A stretch of 64,000 nt of DNA from a bacterium. GTDB taxonomy: Bacteria > Patescibacteriota > Minisyncoccia > UBA6257 > 2-01-FULL-56-20. Made by a program: the position numbers and the translations under genes. Positions 54,094-63,122 of the stretch are shown piece by piece. The stretch is from NCBI GenBank assembly GCA_027310625.1, contig DAIDAM010000002.1, positions 1,123 to 65,122 on the forward strand, written 5' to 3'. The notes under the pieces are model-generated. The model did no database searches, was not told where the DNA came from, and worked only from the letters and a program-made list of their open reading frames with translations. The stretch's first letter is position 1; each line of letters opens with the position of its first letter.

Positions 54094-54630
54094 ATGCTTT
54101 CAGGCGACTTAAACCCCGCTAAAAGAATTTTCTTTGAGGCAGGATTTTCAAAAAAGGGGCAGGCGCTTATAGAAGCGGTGGTCGCCGTTTCCGTTCTTTC
54201 CGTGGGAATAATTTCAATACTCGCTCTGCTCAATCGTTCGCTTGCGCTCAACCGCAGTTCCGCCGAAAGATTCGTCGCGACTTATCTTGCCGCCGAGGGA
54301 ATAGAGGTTTTGAAAAACATCGTTGATTCCAACGCAATGAGAAAAATTGCCTGGACGAGCGGCATTCAAAACGGCGACTATGAAGTGGAATACGGAAGCA
54401 ACTCACTAGTTCCCTATCAGGACCGCTTTCTGAACTACGACCCTTCAACGCGTATTTATTCCTACGGGGGCGGCTCCGTGACGCTTTTCAAAAGAATTCT
54501 AAGGATAAATGTAATAGGGCCGGAGGAAATAAAAGTGAATTCCATAGTTTCCTGGACCGCCTCCGGCGGGGCATCATTTAACGTTAACTTGGAAGACCAT
54601 TTTATGAATTGGCAAAATGTAGGTTCGTAA
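54094..54630 (+). CDS. minor pilin (PilV-like)
   Basis: KKGQALIEAVVAVSVLSVGIISILAL prepilin-type N-terminus. Confidence 0.6.
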   Translation: MLSGDLNPAKRIFFEAGFSKKGQALIEAVVAVSVLSVGIISILALLNRSLALNRSSAERFVATYLAAEGIEVLKNIVDSNAMRKIAWTSGIQNGDYEVEYGSNSLVPYQDRFLNYDPSTRIYSYGGGSVTLFKRILRINVIGPEEIKVNSIVSWTASGGASFNVNLEDHFMNWQNVGS

Positions 54631-54643
54631 ATTAACGAAGAAG

Positions 54644-55204
54644 ATGATTCGGAAAATAATAAAAAGTTCGCACGGGCTCGCGCCGCGCATAATGAAATTG
54701 CGTAAGGGATTTACTCTGGTTGAGATTATGGTTTCACTCACGATATTTTCCGTTCTTATAGTTTTGGCGACCAGTTCGTTTGTGAGGGCGCTTAGAACGG
54801 AAAGACAAATCGCCGCCTTTATAGCTGTCAACAGCAACGTCGGCGCTTTTTTGGAGCAAATAGCGAGAGAAATGAGGACAGGAAAGGATTTCTGCATTAA
54901 CGGGAACAACTGCTCCGCAACCAGCATCGCTTTCACAAACGCCGATGGCGAAAAAATTTCCTATTGTTTGGACGACAACTCGATAAAAAGAAGCGCAAAC
55001 TCGAGCTGTTCTTCGGGGCAAAGCATGACGGGCGCAAACGTGCTTGTTGAATACCTTTCCTTCGTCGTTTCCGGCAACCGCGATAACGATAATTTGCCTC
55101 CGCGGATTACAATTCTTGTCGGCGCGACATCAAACAAGCAGTATGCTGTGAGCTATGAGGTTAACCTTCAAACGACCGTAAGCGCGCGGTTGTCCGGAGG
55201 ATAA
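54644..55204 (+). CDS. minor pilin (PilW-like)
   Basis: RKGFTLVEIMVSLTIFSVLIVLATSSF prepilin-type N-terminus. Confidence 0.65.
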   Translation: MIRKIIKSSHGLAPRIMKLRKGFTLVEIMVSLTIFSVLIVLATSSFVRALRTERQIAAFIAVNSNVGAFLEQIAREMRTGKDFCINGNNCSATSIAFTNADGEKISYCLDDNSIKRSANSSCSSGQSMTGANVLVEYLSFVVSGNRDNDNLPPRITILVGATSNKQYAVSYEVNLQTTVSARLSGG

Positions 55205-55212
55205 TTTTCAAA

Positions 55213-55590
55213 ATGATTAAAGGTAAAAATAAAAAAAGAGGACAGGCGATGATTTTAAGCGTTCTAACCCTCGGGACGGTGATGCTCGGTGCCTCCGCCA
55301 TCGCCGGCTTCCTCGCGATTTATCAAATTAGGTCGTCGTGGGACGCGGCTAATTCCGCGAAAGCGATTTTTGCCGCGGACACCGGAATTGAATGGGGACT
55401 TTACAAGTATTCCAAACCAACCTCAACAGCGCCCGCTCCGGTAATGTCCAATGGCGCTTACTATTCGGTTGTATGCTATGATTCGTCGCTCAATTCGATT
55501 GATTGCAGCAGCAGCGCCTCCGTATCTTTAATCAGGTCTTCCGGTCGTTCTTCCAATTCCAACCGCTCGTTTGAGCTGGGCATAAAATGA
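55213..55590 (+). CDS. minor pilin-like protein (PilX-like)
   Basis: 125 aa with an N-terminal hydrophobic helix after RGQAMILSVLTLGTVMLGA. Confidence 0.4.
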   Translation: MIKGKNKKRGQAMILSVLTLGTVMLGASAIAGFLAIYQIRSSWDAANSAKAIFAADTGIEWGLYKYSKPTSTAPAPVMSNGAYYSVVCYDSSLNSIDCSSSASVSLIRSSGRSSNSNRSFELGIK

Positions 55591-57656
55591 AAGGCGAGGA
55601 GAAAAGAAAAATTTCTTTAAGCGCCGCAAAAGAAAGAATAGAACACCTCAAAAAGGCGATAAAAAAATACAGGTACGAAAGATTGGTTTTCAACAAAGAA
55701 ATTATTTCACCGGAAGCGGAAGATGCCCTCAAGAAAGAACTTTTCGATTTGGAGGAGAAATTTCCGGAACTTATGACATCCGATTCGCCGACCCGGCGCG
55801 TCGGCGGAAAGCCGCTCCAGCAATTCAAAAAAGTGCGCCACGAGGAGCGCATGCTCTCGTTCAACGACGCTTTTTCGGGAAAAGACGTCGAGGACTGGCT
55901 TGGAAGGGTTTCGAATTATCTCGGAAGAAAAATCGCCGGCCCGTTTTACGCCGAGCTCAAAATTGACGGCCTCGCGATAGAACTTGTCTACGAAAACGGG
56001 ATTTTTGTTGAAGGTTCAACGCGCGGCGACGGCGAAATCGGCGAAGACGTAACGCAGAATCTCAAAACCATCGAAGCGATACCGCTGTCGCTAGACATCA
56101 GACATCAGACATCAGACATCAGAATCCCCGAACGTTTGGTTGTTCGCGGCGAGATTTTCTTGAACAAAAAAGAATTCGAGGCGATAAACCGCGAGCAGAA
56201 AAAAATGGGATTGAAAACTTACGCCAATCCGCGGAATGTCGCCGCCGGCTCGGTGCGCCAGCTTGACCCGAAAATAACCGCCAGCCGAAAACTCGATTCT
56301 TTTCAGTACGATATAGTCACAAATGTCGGCCAGAAAAAGCACAGCGAGGAGCATGAAATTCTCCACAAACTCGGCTTTCACACCAATCCGAACAATAAAG
56401 TTTGCGAGACGATAAAAGACGTTTTTGAATTCCACGATTACTGGAACAGGCATCGGGAGAAACTTCCTTACGAAATAGACGGCATCGTCATAATAGTTGA
56501 CGACAACAAAACTTACGATTCCGCCGGCGTCATCGGCAAAGCGCCGCGCGCCGCCATCGCTTACAAATTCTCTCCCAAGGAAGCGACGACCGTCGTTGAA
56601 AACATAAAAGTGCAGGTGGGGAGAACCGGGGCGCTGACGCCCGTCGCCGTTATGCGTCCCGTGCAGGTCGGCGGCGTGACGATTACGCACGCCACGCTTC
56701 ACAACGCCGACGAAATAAAACGGCTCGGTCTCAAAATTGGCGACACCGTCATCGTCAGCCGCGCGGGCGACGTCATTCCGCAGATAACAAGAGTTTTGAA
56801 AGAAATGCGGACGGGAAAGGAAAAGGAATTTGAAGTGCCGTCGCATTGCCCAATCGACGGCTCGAAACTTGTTCAGGACGGAGCGATTTTAAGATGCTCG
56901 AGCAAGACCTGCGCCGCGCGCCACAGGGAATCGCTTTATCACTTCGTTTCCCGTCCCGCTTTCGATATCCGCGGGCTCGGGCCGAAAATCATCGACAGAT
57001 TTTTGGATGAAGGTTTGATTTCGGATGCCGCCGACATCTTCGAACTTAAGGAAGGCGACATCGCGGCGCTCGAAAGATTCGGTGAAAAATCGGCGGAAAA
57101 TATCGTCGGCGAAATCGAAAGCAGAAAAAAAATTTCTTTGAGCCGCTTTATTTTTTCGCTCGGAGTTTTGCATGTCGGCGAGGAGACGGCGAATGTGCTT
57201 ACGCAACATATAGCATATAGCGTATCGCATATTGCAAAACCAAATGACATTTATAAAGCATTTCGCGGTTTGTCGCTTGAAAATCTGCAGGAGATTCGCG
57301 ACATCGGGCCGAAAGTGGCGCAAAGCATTCACGATTGGTTCCGCGAACAGAGAAACATAAAACTACTCGAAAAACTCGGGAGAGTTGGAATAGTGATAAA
57401 AAGCGACCAGCGACCAGCGACCAGCGGTAAACTCAAGGGAAAAACTTTCGTGCTCACCGGCGGACTGGAATCGCTAACTCGCGACGAAGCGAAAGAAAAA
57501 ATCCGCGAGCTCGGCGGCGACGTATCGGAATCAGTCAGTAGAATGATATCTTACGTCGTCGCCGGCAGCGAACCGGGGTCGAAATACGAAAAAGCACAAA
57601 AATTAGGCATCAAGATAATTTCGGAGAGAGAATTTCTCAACATTTTGAAGGGTTGA
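55587..57656 (+). CDS. ligA: NAD-dependent DNA ligase
   Basis: 689 aa with the adenylation KxDG motif (ELKIDGLA), Zn-finger cysteines, HhH and BRCT domains. Confidence 0.95.
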   Translation: MKGEEKRKISLSAAKERIEHLKKAIKKYRYERLVFNKEIISPEAEDALKKELFDLEEKFPELMTSDSPTRRVGGKPLQQFKKVRHEERMLSFNDAFSGKDVEDWLGRVSNYLGRKIAGPFYAELKIDGLAIELVYENGIFVEGSTRGDGEIGEDVTQNLKTIEAIPLSLDIRHQTSDIRIPERLVVRGEIFLNKKEFEAINREQKKMGLKTYANPRNVAAGSVRQLDPKITASRKLDSFQYDIVTNVGQKKHSEEHEILHKLGFHTNPNNKVCETIKDVFEFHDYWNRHREKLPYEIDGIVIIVDDNKTYDSAGVIGKAPRAAIAYKFSPKEATTVVENIKVQVGRTGALTPVAVMRPVQVGGVTITHATLHNADEIKRLGLKIGDTVIVSRAGDVIPQITRVLKEMRTGKEKEFEVPSHCPIDGSKLVQDGAILRCSSKTCAARHRESLYHFVSRPAFDIRGLGPKIIDRFLDEGLISDAADIFELKEGDIAALERFGEKSAENIVGEIESRKKISLSRFIFSLGVLHVGEETANVLTQHIAYSVSHIAKPNDIYKAFRGLSLENLQEIRDIGPKVAQSIHDWFREQRNIKLLEKLGRVGIVIKSDQRPATSGKLKGKTFVLTGGLESLTRDEAKEKIRELGGDVSESVSRMISYVVAGSEPGSKYEKAQKLGIKIISEREFLNILKG

Positions 57657-57691
57657 TTTTCTTTTGTTGAAATAATATTATTTGTGGGCAT

Positions 57692-57768
57692 GCGGGCGTA
57701 GCGTAGCCTGGTTTTATCGCGCCTCCTTGTCAAGGAGGAGATCGCCGGTTCAAATCCGGTCGCCCGCG
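57692..57768 (+). tRNA. tRNA-Asp (anticodon GTC)
   Basis: Acceptor GCGGGCG/CGCCCGC, anticodon stem CCUCC/GGAGG with loop UUGUCAA, T-arm GCCGG-UUCAAAU-CCGGU and discriminator G. Confidence 0.85.
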
Positions 57769-57780
57769 CAGAAAGTTTTG

Positions 57781-57811
57781 ACCGCCACTTGTTGGCGGTT
57801 TAAACTTTTTG
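57781..57811 (+). terminator. rho-independent terminator after tRNA-Asp
   Basis: ACCGCCA-CTTGT-TGGCGGT followed by TTAAACTTTTT. Confidence 0.5.
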
Positions 57812-58071
57812 TACGACTGGATTTGAACAGGAAAGAGGTCGGGAGAACGCCCGTCCTCCGCAGTAGCGACTGCTACGGAGGATGGAGAAGTTTTCCCGAG
57901 ACGGAGGCAGCGCAGCGTTGGAACCACTGGGTTCCAGGATGCAACGAGCGAATGCGAGCGAGTAGTGAAATTCTCTGCCTGCCGGTAGGCAGGCGGTCGT
58001 CCGCGCCGGAAAAATAAGATAAAACACGGCCCACCGTTGCGGTGAGCCGCTTTCTGAAATCCGACGATTCC

Positions 58072-59478
58072 TCAAAGATTCCTCAAGTCAACCGGATCTG
58101 GGGATCTGTCGCGGTTTCTGAGTATTTTGACGAAATCATCAAACGTTGTGCAACCAAGCTTTCCCAAGTCGTGTCTTCTTTTTGAGACAAAGACGATAAA
58201 TTCATTCATTGTTGGGCGACTTGGGTCAGGAGGAACTCGCCAGTACCTATCGATTATCCTGAGAGATCTTGTTGTTATTCCCCCGACGTTTTCCAGCGAG
58301 ACGCCGTTGCCGATTGCCCTGCAAAGGAGTTGTTTGCTGAGCAGTGCGCGCCGGCCGTTATCCACCTGTTCACAGAGAAACCAAAGGACCTGGCGAGCCG
58401 CTTTCAGCTCGGCGTCATTCGGGATATCTGCATTTTTTTCTTTTACGGCCTGTTGTATCTGTTCTGCTGGCGGCGTGCTCGGCACCACAGAAAGGTGCGG
58501 CTTCGGTGGCGTTTCCTGCTCGATGATGAGCCGCGGCTTTTCCTTCGGTTGCAGCGCGTCTTTTTGTGGTTGAATAACTGCTGCTCTTTTTGGAATTTGC
58601 TTAGTTTCGGGGAGCGATGCCAAGTTCAATTCAAGCGCCCGCAGACTTTTTCTCAGCTCCTGCAGCTGCGACGCGAAGTTCCATCTTGTCGCCTTCGTGA
58701 AATGCCGCCACCCCTCAACTTGCCTGTCCGTCGGCAGATCGAGGAATGCCCTTATCACGAACGGAACCGCATTGCTACGAAGGCGGAATTGAAGCATTCG
58801 TCTGATCAGGCCTTCGGCGGTTTCAGGCAGCCGCGCGATTATTCTTGCTTCGCTTGAATCGCTTGCTTTAGTGAGCTGCTCGTCCAGTTCTGGGGGATCT
58901 TCGCCCGCGATAAGTTTCTGAGCGAGCTCGATTTGCTTCGCGTAACCCTTGAACTGAGCAAGGTTGTGTGCGGCACCCCTTCTTAGCTTGCCTTCACGAA
59001 TCATTTCTTTCACTACGAACGGCAGCTTGAGGAGCCGTAGCGCGCGATAGATGTCGTTCACGTTCTTGCCCGTGAATCCGGCGAGTTCAGCGACCGACAT
59101 TTTCTCGCGCTCCGTGCACTCTTTGTAAGCTTCCGCCTCATCGATGGGGTTCAAATCTTCTCTGTTATCGTTTTCGATGAGAGAAATGAGATACGAAGGT
59201 ACTTCTCCTTCGGCGACGTGGAAGTCAAATTCCTCCACGCCTATGAACTGGAGGGCGCGGAAACGGCGCTCTCCCGCGATAACGATGTACCGCCCTGCAA
59301 CTTCCGGATGCGGTTTTACGAGTATCGCGTAAATCATGAATCCGAAAGACTGGATGTTCGCCGCGAGCTTCTTCAGCCCCTCTTCAGGAAACACCTTTCT
59401 CGGTTGCCGCGGATCCCGGTCAACCAAATCAAGGCGAATCCTCTCGACGCGGCTCGGCAACAACTTTATCTTGTCCAC
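58072..59478 (-). CDS. ParB/Srx-fold N-terminal domain protein, large (ParB-like nuclease domain plus extended C-terminal region)
   Basis: 468 aa. The N-terminus IRLDLVDRDPRQPRKVF...GFMIYAILVKPHPEVAGRYIVIAGERRFRA matches the ParB-type GERR(F/W)RA box. Confidence 0.65.
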   Translation of the reverse strand: MDKIKLLPSRVERIRLDLVDRDPRQPRKVFPEEGLKKLAANIQSFGFMIYAILVKPHPEVAGRYIVIAGERRFRALQFIGVEEFDFHVAEGEVPSYLISLIENDNREDLNPIDEAEAYKECTEREKMSVAELAGFTGKNVNDIYRALRLLKLPFVVKEMIREGKLRRGAAHNLAQFKGYAKQIELAQKLIAGEDPPELDEQLTKASDSSEARIIARLPETAEGLIRRMLQFRLRSNAVPFVIRAFLDLPTDRQVEGWRHFTKATRWNFASQLQELRKSLRALELNLASLPETKQIPKRAAVIQPQKDALQPKEKPRLIIEQETPPKPHLSVVPSTPPAEQIQQAVKEKNADIPNDAELKAARQVLWFLCEQVDNGRRALLSKQLLCRAIGNGVSLENVGGITTRSLRIIDRYWRVPPDPSRPTMNEFIVFVSKRRHDLGKLGCTTFDDFVKILRNRDRSPDPVDLRNL

Positions 59479-59570
59479 ATCGTTCTCCTTCTCGTCAGAT
59501 CTGGTTAGTCGGATTGTTGCGATTTTTCAACTGTTGCTGATGTTAATATATTATCTATATTTGACCTTCG

Positions 59571-60074
59571 TCAAATTAAAAGAACCGCAGCATAAATAAA
59601 AGCAATCGAAACCGCAACTTCCTGCAGAATTCCCCTCACCGGTTTTTCGTCTAGAAAAACTTTTGAGTGCGCTTTCTCGTGAAACAGTTGAAGGTAGTAA
59701 AGCGGTTTGGAGTTTGGGAAGCGGTGGTAGACAACCTGGAGGGCGTCGGGAAGGGCGCCGGCAAGCGCGCCGAGGAAAACAAGGAGAGAATTACCGGGAA
59801 AAAAGAATTGCGAAACTGCAAGCGAAATCCCCAGCCCGATTCCGAAATCAACCCCCGTTCTTAAAATGTCTTTCAGGAACTCCTCGTTGAATGCGAGTTT
59901 CTCGCCGAACGGCAGGGACTGGTCTTTGATTCTTGAAAGAATTCTGTAATGCCAGTGAGGGAAGGCGTCCAGAAGAAAATGGCTAAGGAACGCAAGCGCA
60001 ATTCCCGCCGCCGGATTTCCGCGGAATATAACCGAAATGGACGCTCCGGCTACGGCGTGAGTGGACAAAATCAT
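59571..60074 (-). CDS. polytopic membrane protein, hypothetical
   Basis: 167 aa with 4-5 transmembrane helices. Confidence 0.4.
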   Translation of the reverse strand: MILSTHAVAGASISVIFRGNPAAGIALAFLSHFLLDAFPHWHYRILSRIKDQSLPFGEKLAFNEEFLKDILRTGVDFGIGLGISLAVSQFFFPGNSLLVFLGALAGALPDALQVVYHRFPNSKPLYYLQLFHEKAHSKVFLDEKPVRGILQEVAVSIAFIYAAVLLI

Positions 60075-60134
60075 TACAGAGTCATTTTAAGCGCTGCAGC
60101 GATGCGCGGCAATTATTTTTGAAACCGTTAGGTT

Positions 60135-61097
60135 GTGGATTACTTCCCTTTTTTCAAGATTGGTTTTGGTATAATTGGGACAATGGCCGCAAACCAACAA
60201 TTGAAAGATTACATCGCCCAGCAGACGAAACTCGGGGTCTCAAAAGACGCAATAAAAAGCGCGCTGATGAGCGCGGGGTGGAACGAGCCCGATATTCTTC
60301 AGGCGCTTTCCGAAACCGAAGCCGTGCCGCCGGAAATCCAGCCGGCAAAGCCATCTCCGATGGTTAAACCCGCCGAAAGTTCGCCGGTTTCGTTTGTCAC
60401 GAGCGACATATTCAAGCCGAAGGGGGACGATGTTTTCCAGCCGAAGGAGCCGATTCGGAGCGCGGTTTCCGAATCGAAGCCGGAAATTGTTTCTATGGAA
60501 GAAAAGGGAAAACGCTCATTGGCGGGGAAGTTGGCGAAAATTCTTGTCGGAGTTGTTTTCCTGACTCTTTTGGGAGGGAATGTTTATTTCTTTTTGCAAA
60601 CAAGAAACGCGGGTTCACAAGTTGATTCTCTCAATGTTACAAATACCGGCCTTGTCGCCGAAAAGGACTCGCTTTCAAGGGACAAAAGCAGTTTGACCGC
60701 CGAGATTGATTCATTGAATAAAACGATAGCGGAACTCAATAACCAACTTTCCATTTTCGCGGCGCAGCCGGCGAATTCTTCGAGTGGAATAGTTTCTTTC
60801 AAAATCAAGGGAACGATAAGTTTGGTGAAGCAGCAATATCTGCTGACGACGTCGCAGAACATAATTTTGACGGTTAAGAATTCAACTAACTCCTCCGTCA
60901 ACGCCGCTCTTAAGCTTTTTGTCGGAAAGGAAGCGGAAATCGCGGGCACGCATCAGGCGGGATCTCCGCAAGTGGATGTGACAACCATAAACGGCCAATC
61001 GCTGCAGGAGATAGTGAATGCCGCCGCTACGTCTACCGCAGCGACGTCAACCTCTGCTACGTCAACTACGCAAACCTCAACGAGCACGACGCCTTAA
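60135..61097 (+). CDS. membrane-anchored coiled-coil protein with Thr/Ser-rich tail, hypothetical
   Basis: 320 aa with a transmembrane helix (LAKILVGVVFLTLLGGNVYFF), heptad-like LxxxIxxL repeats and a C-terminus ATSTAATSTSATSTTQTSTSTTP. Confidence 0.4.
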   Translation: MDYFPFFKIGFGIIGTMAANQQLKDYIAQQTKLGVSKDAIKSALMSAGWNEPDILQALSETEAVPPEIQPAKPSPMVKPAESSPVSFVTSDIFKPKGDDVFQPKEPIRSAVSESKPEIVSMEEKGKRSLAGKLAKILVGVVFLTLLGGNVYFFLQTRNAGSQVDSLNVTNTGLVAEKDSLSRDKSSLTAEIDSLNKTIAELNNQLSIFAAQPANSSSGIVSFKIKGTISLVKQQYLLTTSQNIILTVKNSTNSSVNAALKLFVGKEAEIAGTHQAGSPQVDVTTINGQSLQEIVNAAATSTAATSTSATSTTQTSTSTTP

Positions 61098-61098
61098 T

Positions 61099-62667
61099 TT
61101 AATATAAATCGGGCGCCGTAGCTCTCTCGTAATATTGTCCGAGTCCGAGAATTTCGTGGTCTTTCCATTGCCTGCCGATGAGTTGAAAACCGACCGGCAT
61201 CCCTTCCTTCCCGCCTGCGCCAAGGCTTTGGCGAGCAGGTTTTTCACGAACTGGAAGCGAAAGCGACGGCAAACCGGCGAGGTTCACGGGCACGGTGAAA
61301 ATATCTTCGAGATACATCGCCAGCGGGTCGCTCGTTTTTTCCCCGATTTTGAACGCCGTTCCGGGCGTAGTTGGGGCGAATATTACGTCAACGTCTCTGA
61401 AGGCGTTTTCAAAATCATTTTTTATTATGCTCCGCACTTGCTGCGCTTTTTTGTAGTAGGCGTCGTAATACCCCGACGAGAGAACGAAAGTGCCGAGGAT
61501 AATGCGGCGCTTGGCTTCCGCTCCGAATCCCCGCCCCCTCTGTCGGAAATAAATTTCCTCCAGCGCTGACATACGCGGACTTAACGCTGAATCTCGCTGA
61601 ATTTTTTCCGCGTTATTCCGTGTTCCGCCTGCGTTAGTCCGCGCGTTATGCGCAATGCGCGCATAACGAATGCCGTCAAACCGAGCAAGATTCGAGCTCA
61701 CTTCCGCCGGAACAATGATGTAGTAGCACGAAAGAGTGTATTTCGTGTGCGGCAGAGAAATTTTTTTGAATTTTACTCCCATGCTTTCAATTGTTTTCCT
61801 CGCCGTTTCGACGCATTTTTTAACTTCCTCGCTTACGCCTTCGACGAAATATTCTTCCGGGACGCCGACGACGAGATTTTTTATTTTTTCAAACTCCGGC
61901 TCGAGTATTTTTTTGTCGCTTCCGTTCGGCCCGTCGGCGCTGGTGGCATCGAGCGGGTCGCGTCCGCGGATGGCGTTGAAAATTATCGCGGCGTCCTCCG
62001 CGGTTTTTGCCAGCGGTCCGATTTGGTCCAAGCTTGACGCCATAGCTATCAAGCCGGAACGGGAAACGGCGCCGTAAGTCGGCTTGAATCCGACGACGCC
62101 GCAGAACGCCGCCGGCTCGCGTATCGAACCGCCGGTGTCGGAGCCGAGCGCGCCGAGCGCAAGATTCGCTGCAACTGCCGCCGCCGAACCGCCGGAAGAA
62201 CCGCCCGCAACCCGTTCCAAATCGTGCGGATTCCTCGTTATTTTGAAGGCGGAGTTTTCCGTTGAAGAGCCCATGGCGAATTCGTCCAGATTCGTTTTTC
62301 CGAGGAAGACCGCTTTTTCGGCTTTCAGTTTTTGAATCACGCCGGCGTCGTAGCTCGCGACGTAATTTTTGAGAATTTTCGACGCCGCGGTCGCCGGCTG
62401 GCCTTTTATTAAAATATTGTCTTTTATCGCCAGCGGAACGCCGGCAAGGAGACCGATTTCGTCGCCTTCGGCAAGCGAAACGTCAACGGCCTCCGCCTGG
62501 CGAAGCGCCTCCTCCTCATTCGCGCTCAAATAGGCGCCAATCTTTCCGTCGCGCTCCTTTATTTCGCCGAAGTACGCCTCGGCGATTTCAAGCGCGGAAA
62601 ACTCCTTTTTAAGGAGACCTTCGTGGAATTTTCCGATGGTGAGATTTTGCAAAGGTATATGAGCCAT
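61099..62667 (-). CDS. gatA: aspartyl/glutamyl-tRNA(Asn/Gln) amidotransferase subunit A
   Basis: Amidase signature GGSSGGSAAAVAA...GSDTGGSIREPAAFCGVVGFKPTYG. It is 522 aa and carries a repeat-derived insert. Confidence 0.9.
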   Translation of the reverse strand: MAHIPLQNLTIGKFHEGLLKKEFSALEIAEAYFGEIKERDGKIGAYLSANEEEALRQAEAVDVSLAEGDEIGLLAGVPLAIKDNILIKGQPATAASKILKNYVASYDAGVIQKLKAEKAVFLGKTNLDEFAMGSSTENSAFKITRNPHDLERVAGGSSGGSAAAVAANLALGALGSDTGGSIREPAAFCGVVGFKPTYGAVSRSGLIAMASSLDQIGPLAKTAEDAAIIFNAIRGRDPLDATSADGPNGSDKKILEPEFEKIKNLVVGVPEEYFVEGVSEEVKKCVETARKTIESMGVKFKKISLPHTKYTLSCYYIIVPAEVSSNLARFDGIRYARIAHNARTNAGGTRNNAEKIQRDSALSPRMSALEEIYFRQRGRGFGAEAKRRIILGTFVLSSGYYDAYYKKAQQVRSIIKNDFENAFRDVDVIFAPTTPGTAFKIGEKTSDPLAMYLEDIFTVPVNLAGLPSLSLPVREKPARQSLGAGGKEGMPVGFQLIGRQWKDHEILGLGQYYERATAPDLY

Positions 62668-62782
62668 AAAATTTAAGCGTAACTCAAATATCGCGAATCC
62701 GCGCGAATATAACGAATGAGAAGAGAGAAATTATTCGCCAAATTAGCACACATTTGTAGATTCGAGTTATGGTTCATTTGCA

Positions 62783-63118
62783 TTATTCAAAGACCGGCGG
62801 GACCTTCAAAAATCCGTTCTCCGTTTCCGGAAAAGCGTCGACGCCATCGCCGCGATTGGTGTTAATTCTTTCTTCGTCTTCGCGGAAAGCGTTTTTGAGT
62901 TCCGTTCCGCCGCTCACCGCGCCCGACTTCGCTATCGACGAAGTCGATGGCGGGCGGGTTGGTTCAACACCGGAAGTATCAAGCGATTTCAGCTCCTCAA
63001 AGTAATCAAGAATTTTTTGGAGGTCCTTCAAAAGTTTTTCTTCCTCGCGGGCGTCGAGTTTTATTCTGGAAAGTTCGGCAAGGTATTCAAGAGTTTTTTT
63101 GTCGATGTTCGACTTCAT
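62783..63118 (-). CDS. gatC: aspartyl/glutamyl-tRNA amidotransferase subunit C
   Basis: 111 aa, LAELSRIKLDAREEEKLLKDLQKILDYFEEL, located immediately upstream of gatA on the same strand. Confidence 0.8.
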   Translation of the reverse strand: MKSNIDKKTLEYLAELSRIKLDAREEEKLLKDLQKILDYFEELKSLDTSGVEPTRPPSTSSIAKSGAVSGGTELKNAFREDEERINTNRGDGVDAFPETENGFLKVPPVFE

Positions 63119-63122
63119 GGGA

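Noticed and set aside
57830-58070. tmRNA, RNase P RNA or SRP RNA in the structured spacer after tRNA-Asp (GGAUUUGAACAGGAAAG resembles the T-arm and P4 strings)
   Set aside because: The obligatory partner motifs are absent: no acceptor/T-arm 3' end with CCA, no UCCGGGCUC / ACAGAANCCGGCUUA P4 strands, and no GGAAGCAGCC SRP domain IV. Left as an unclassified structured region.
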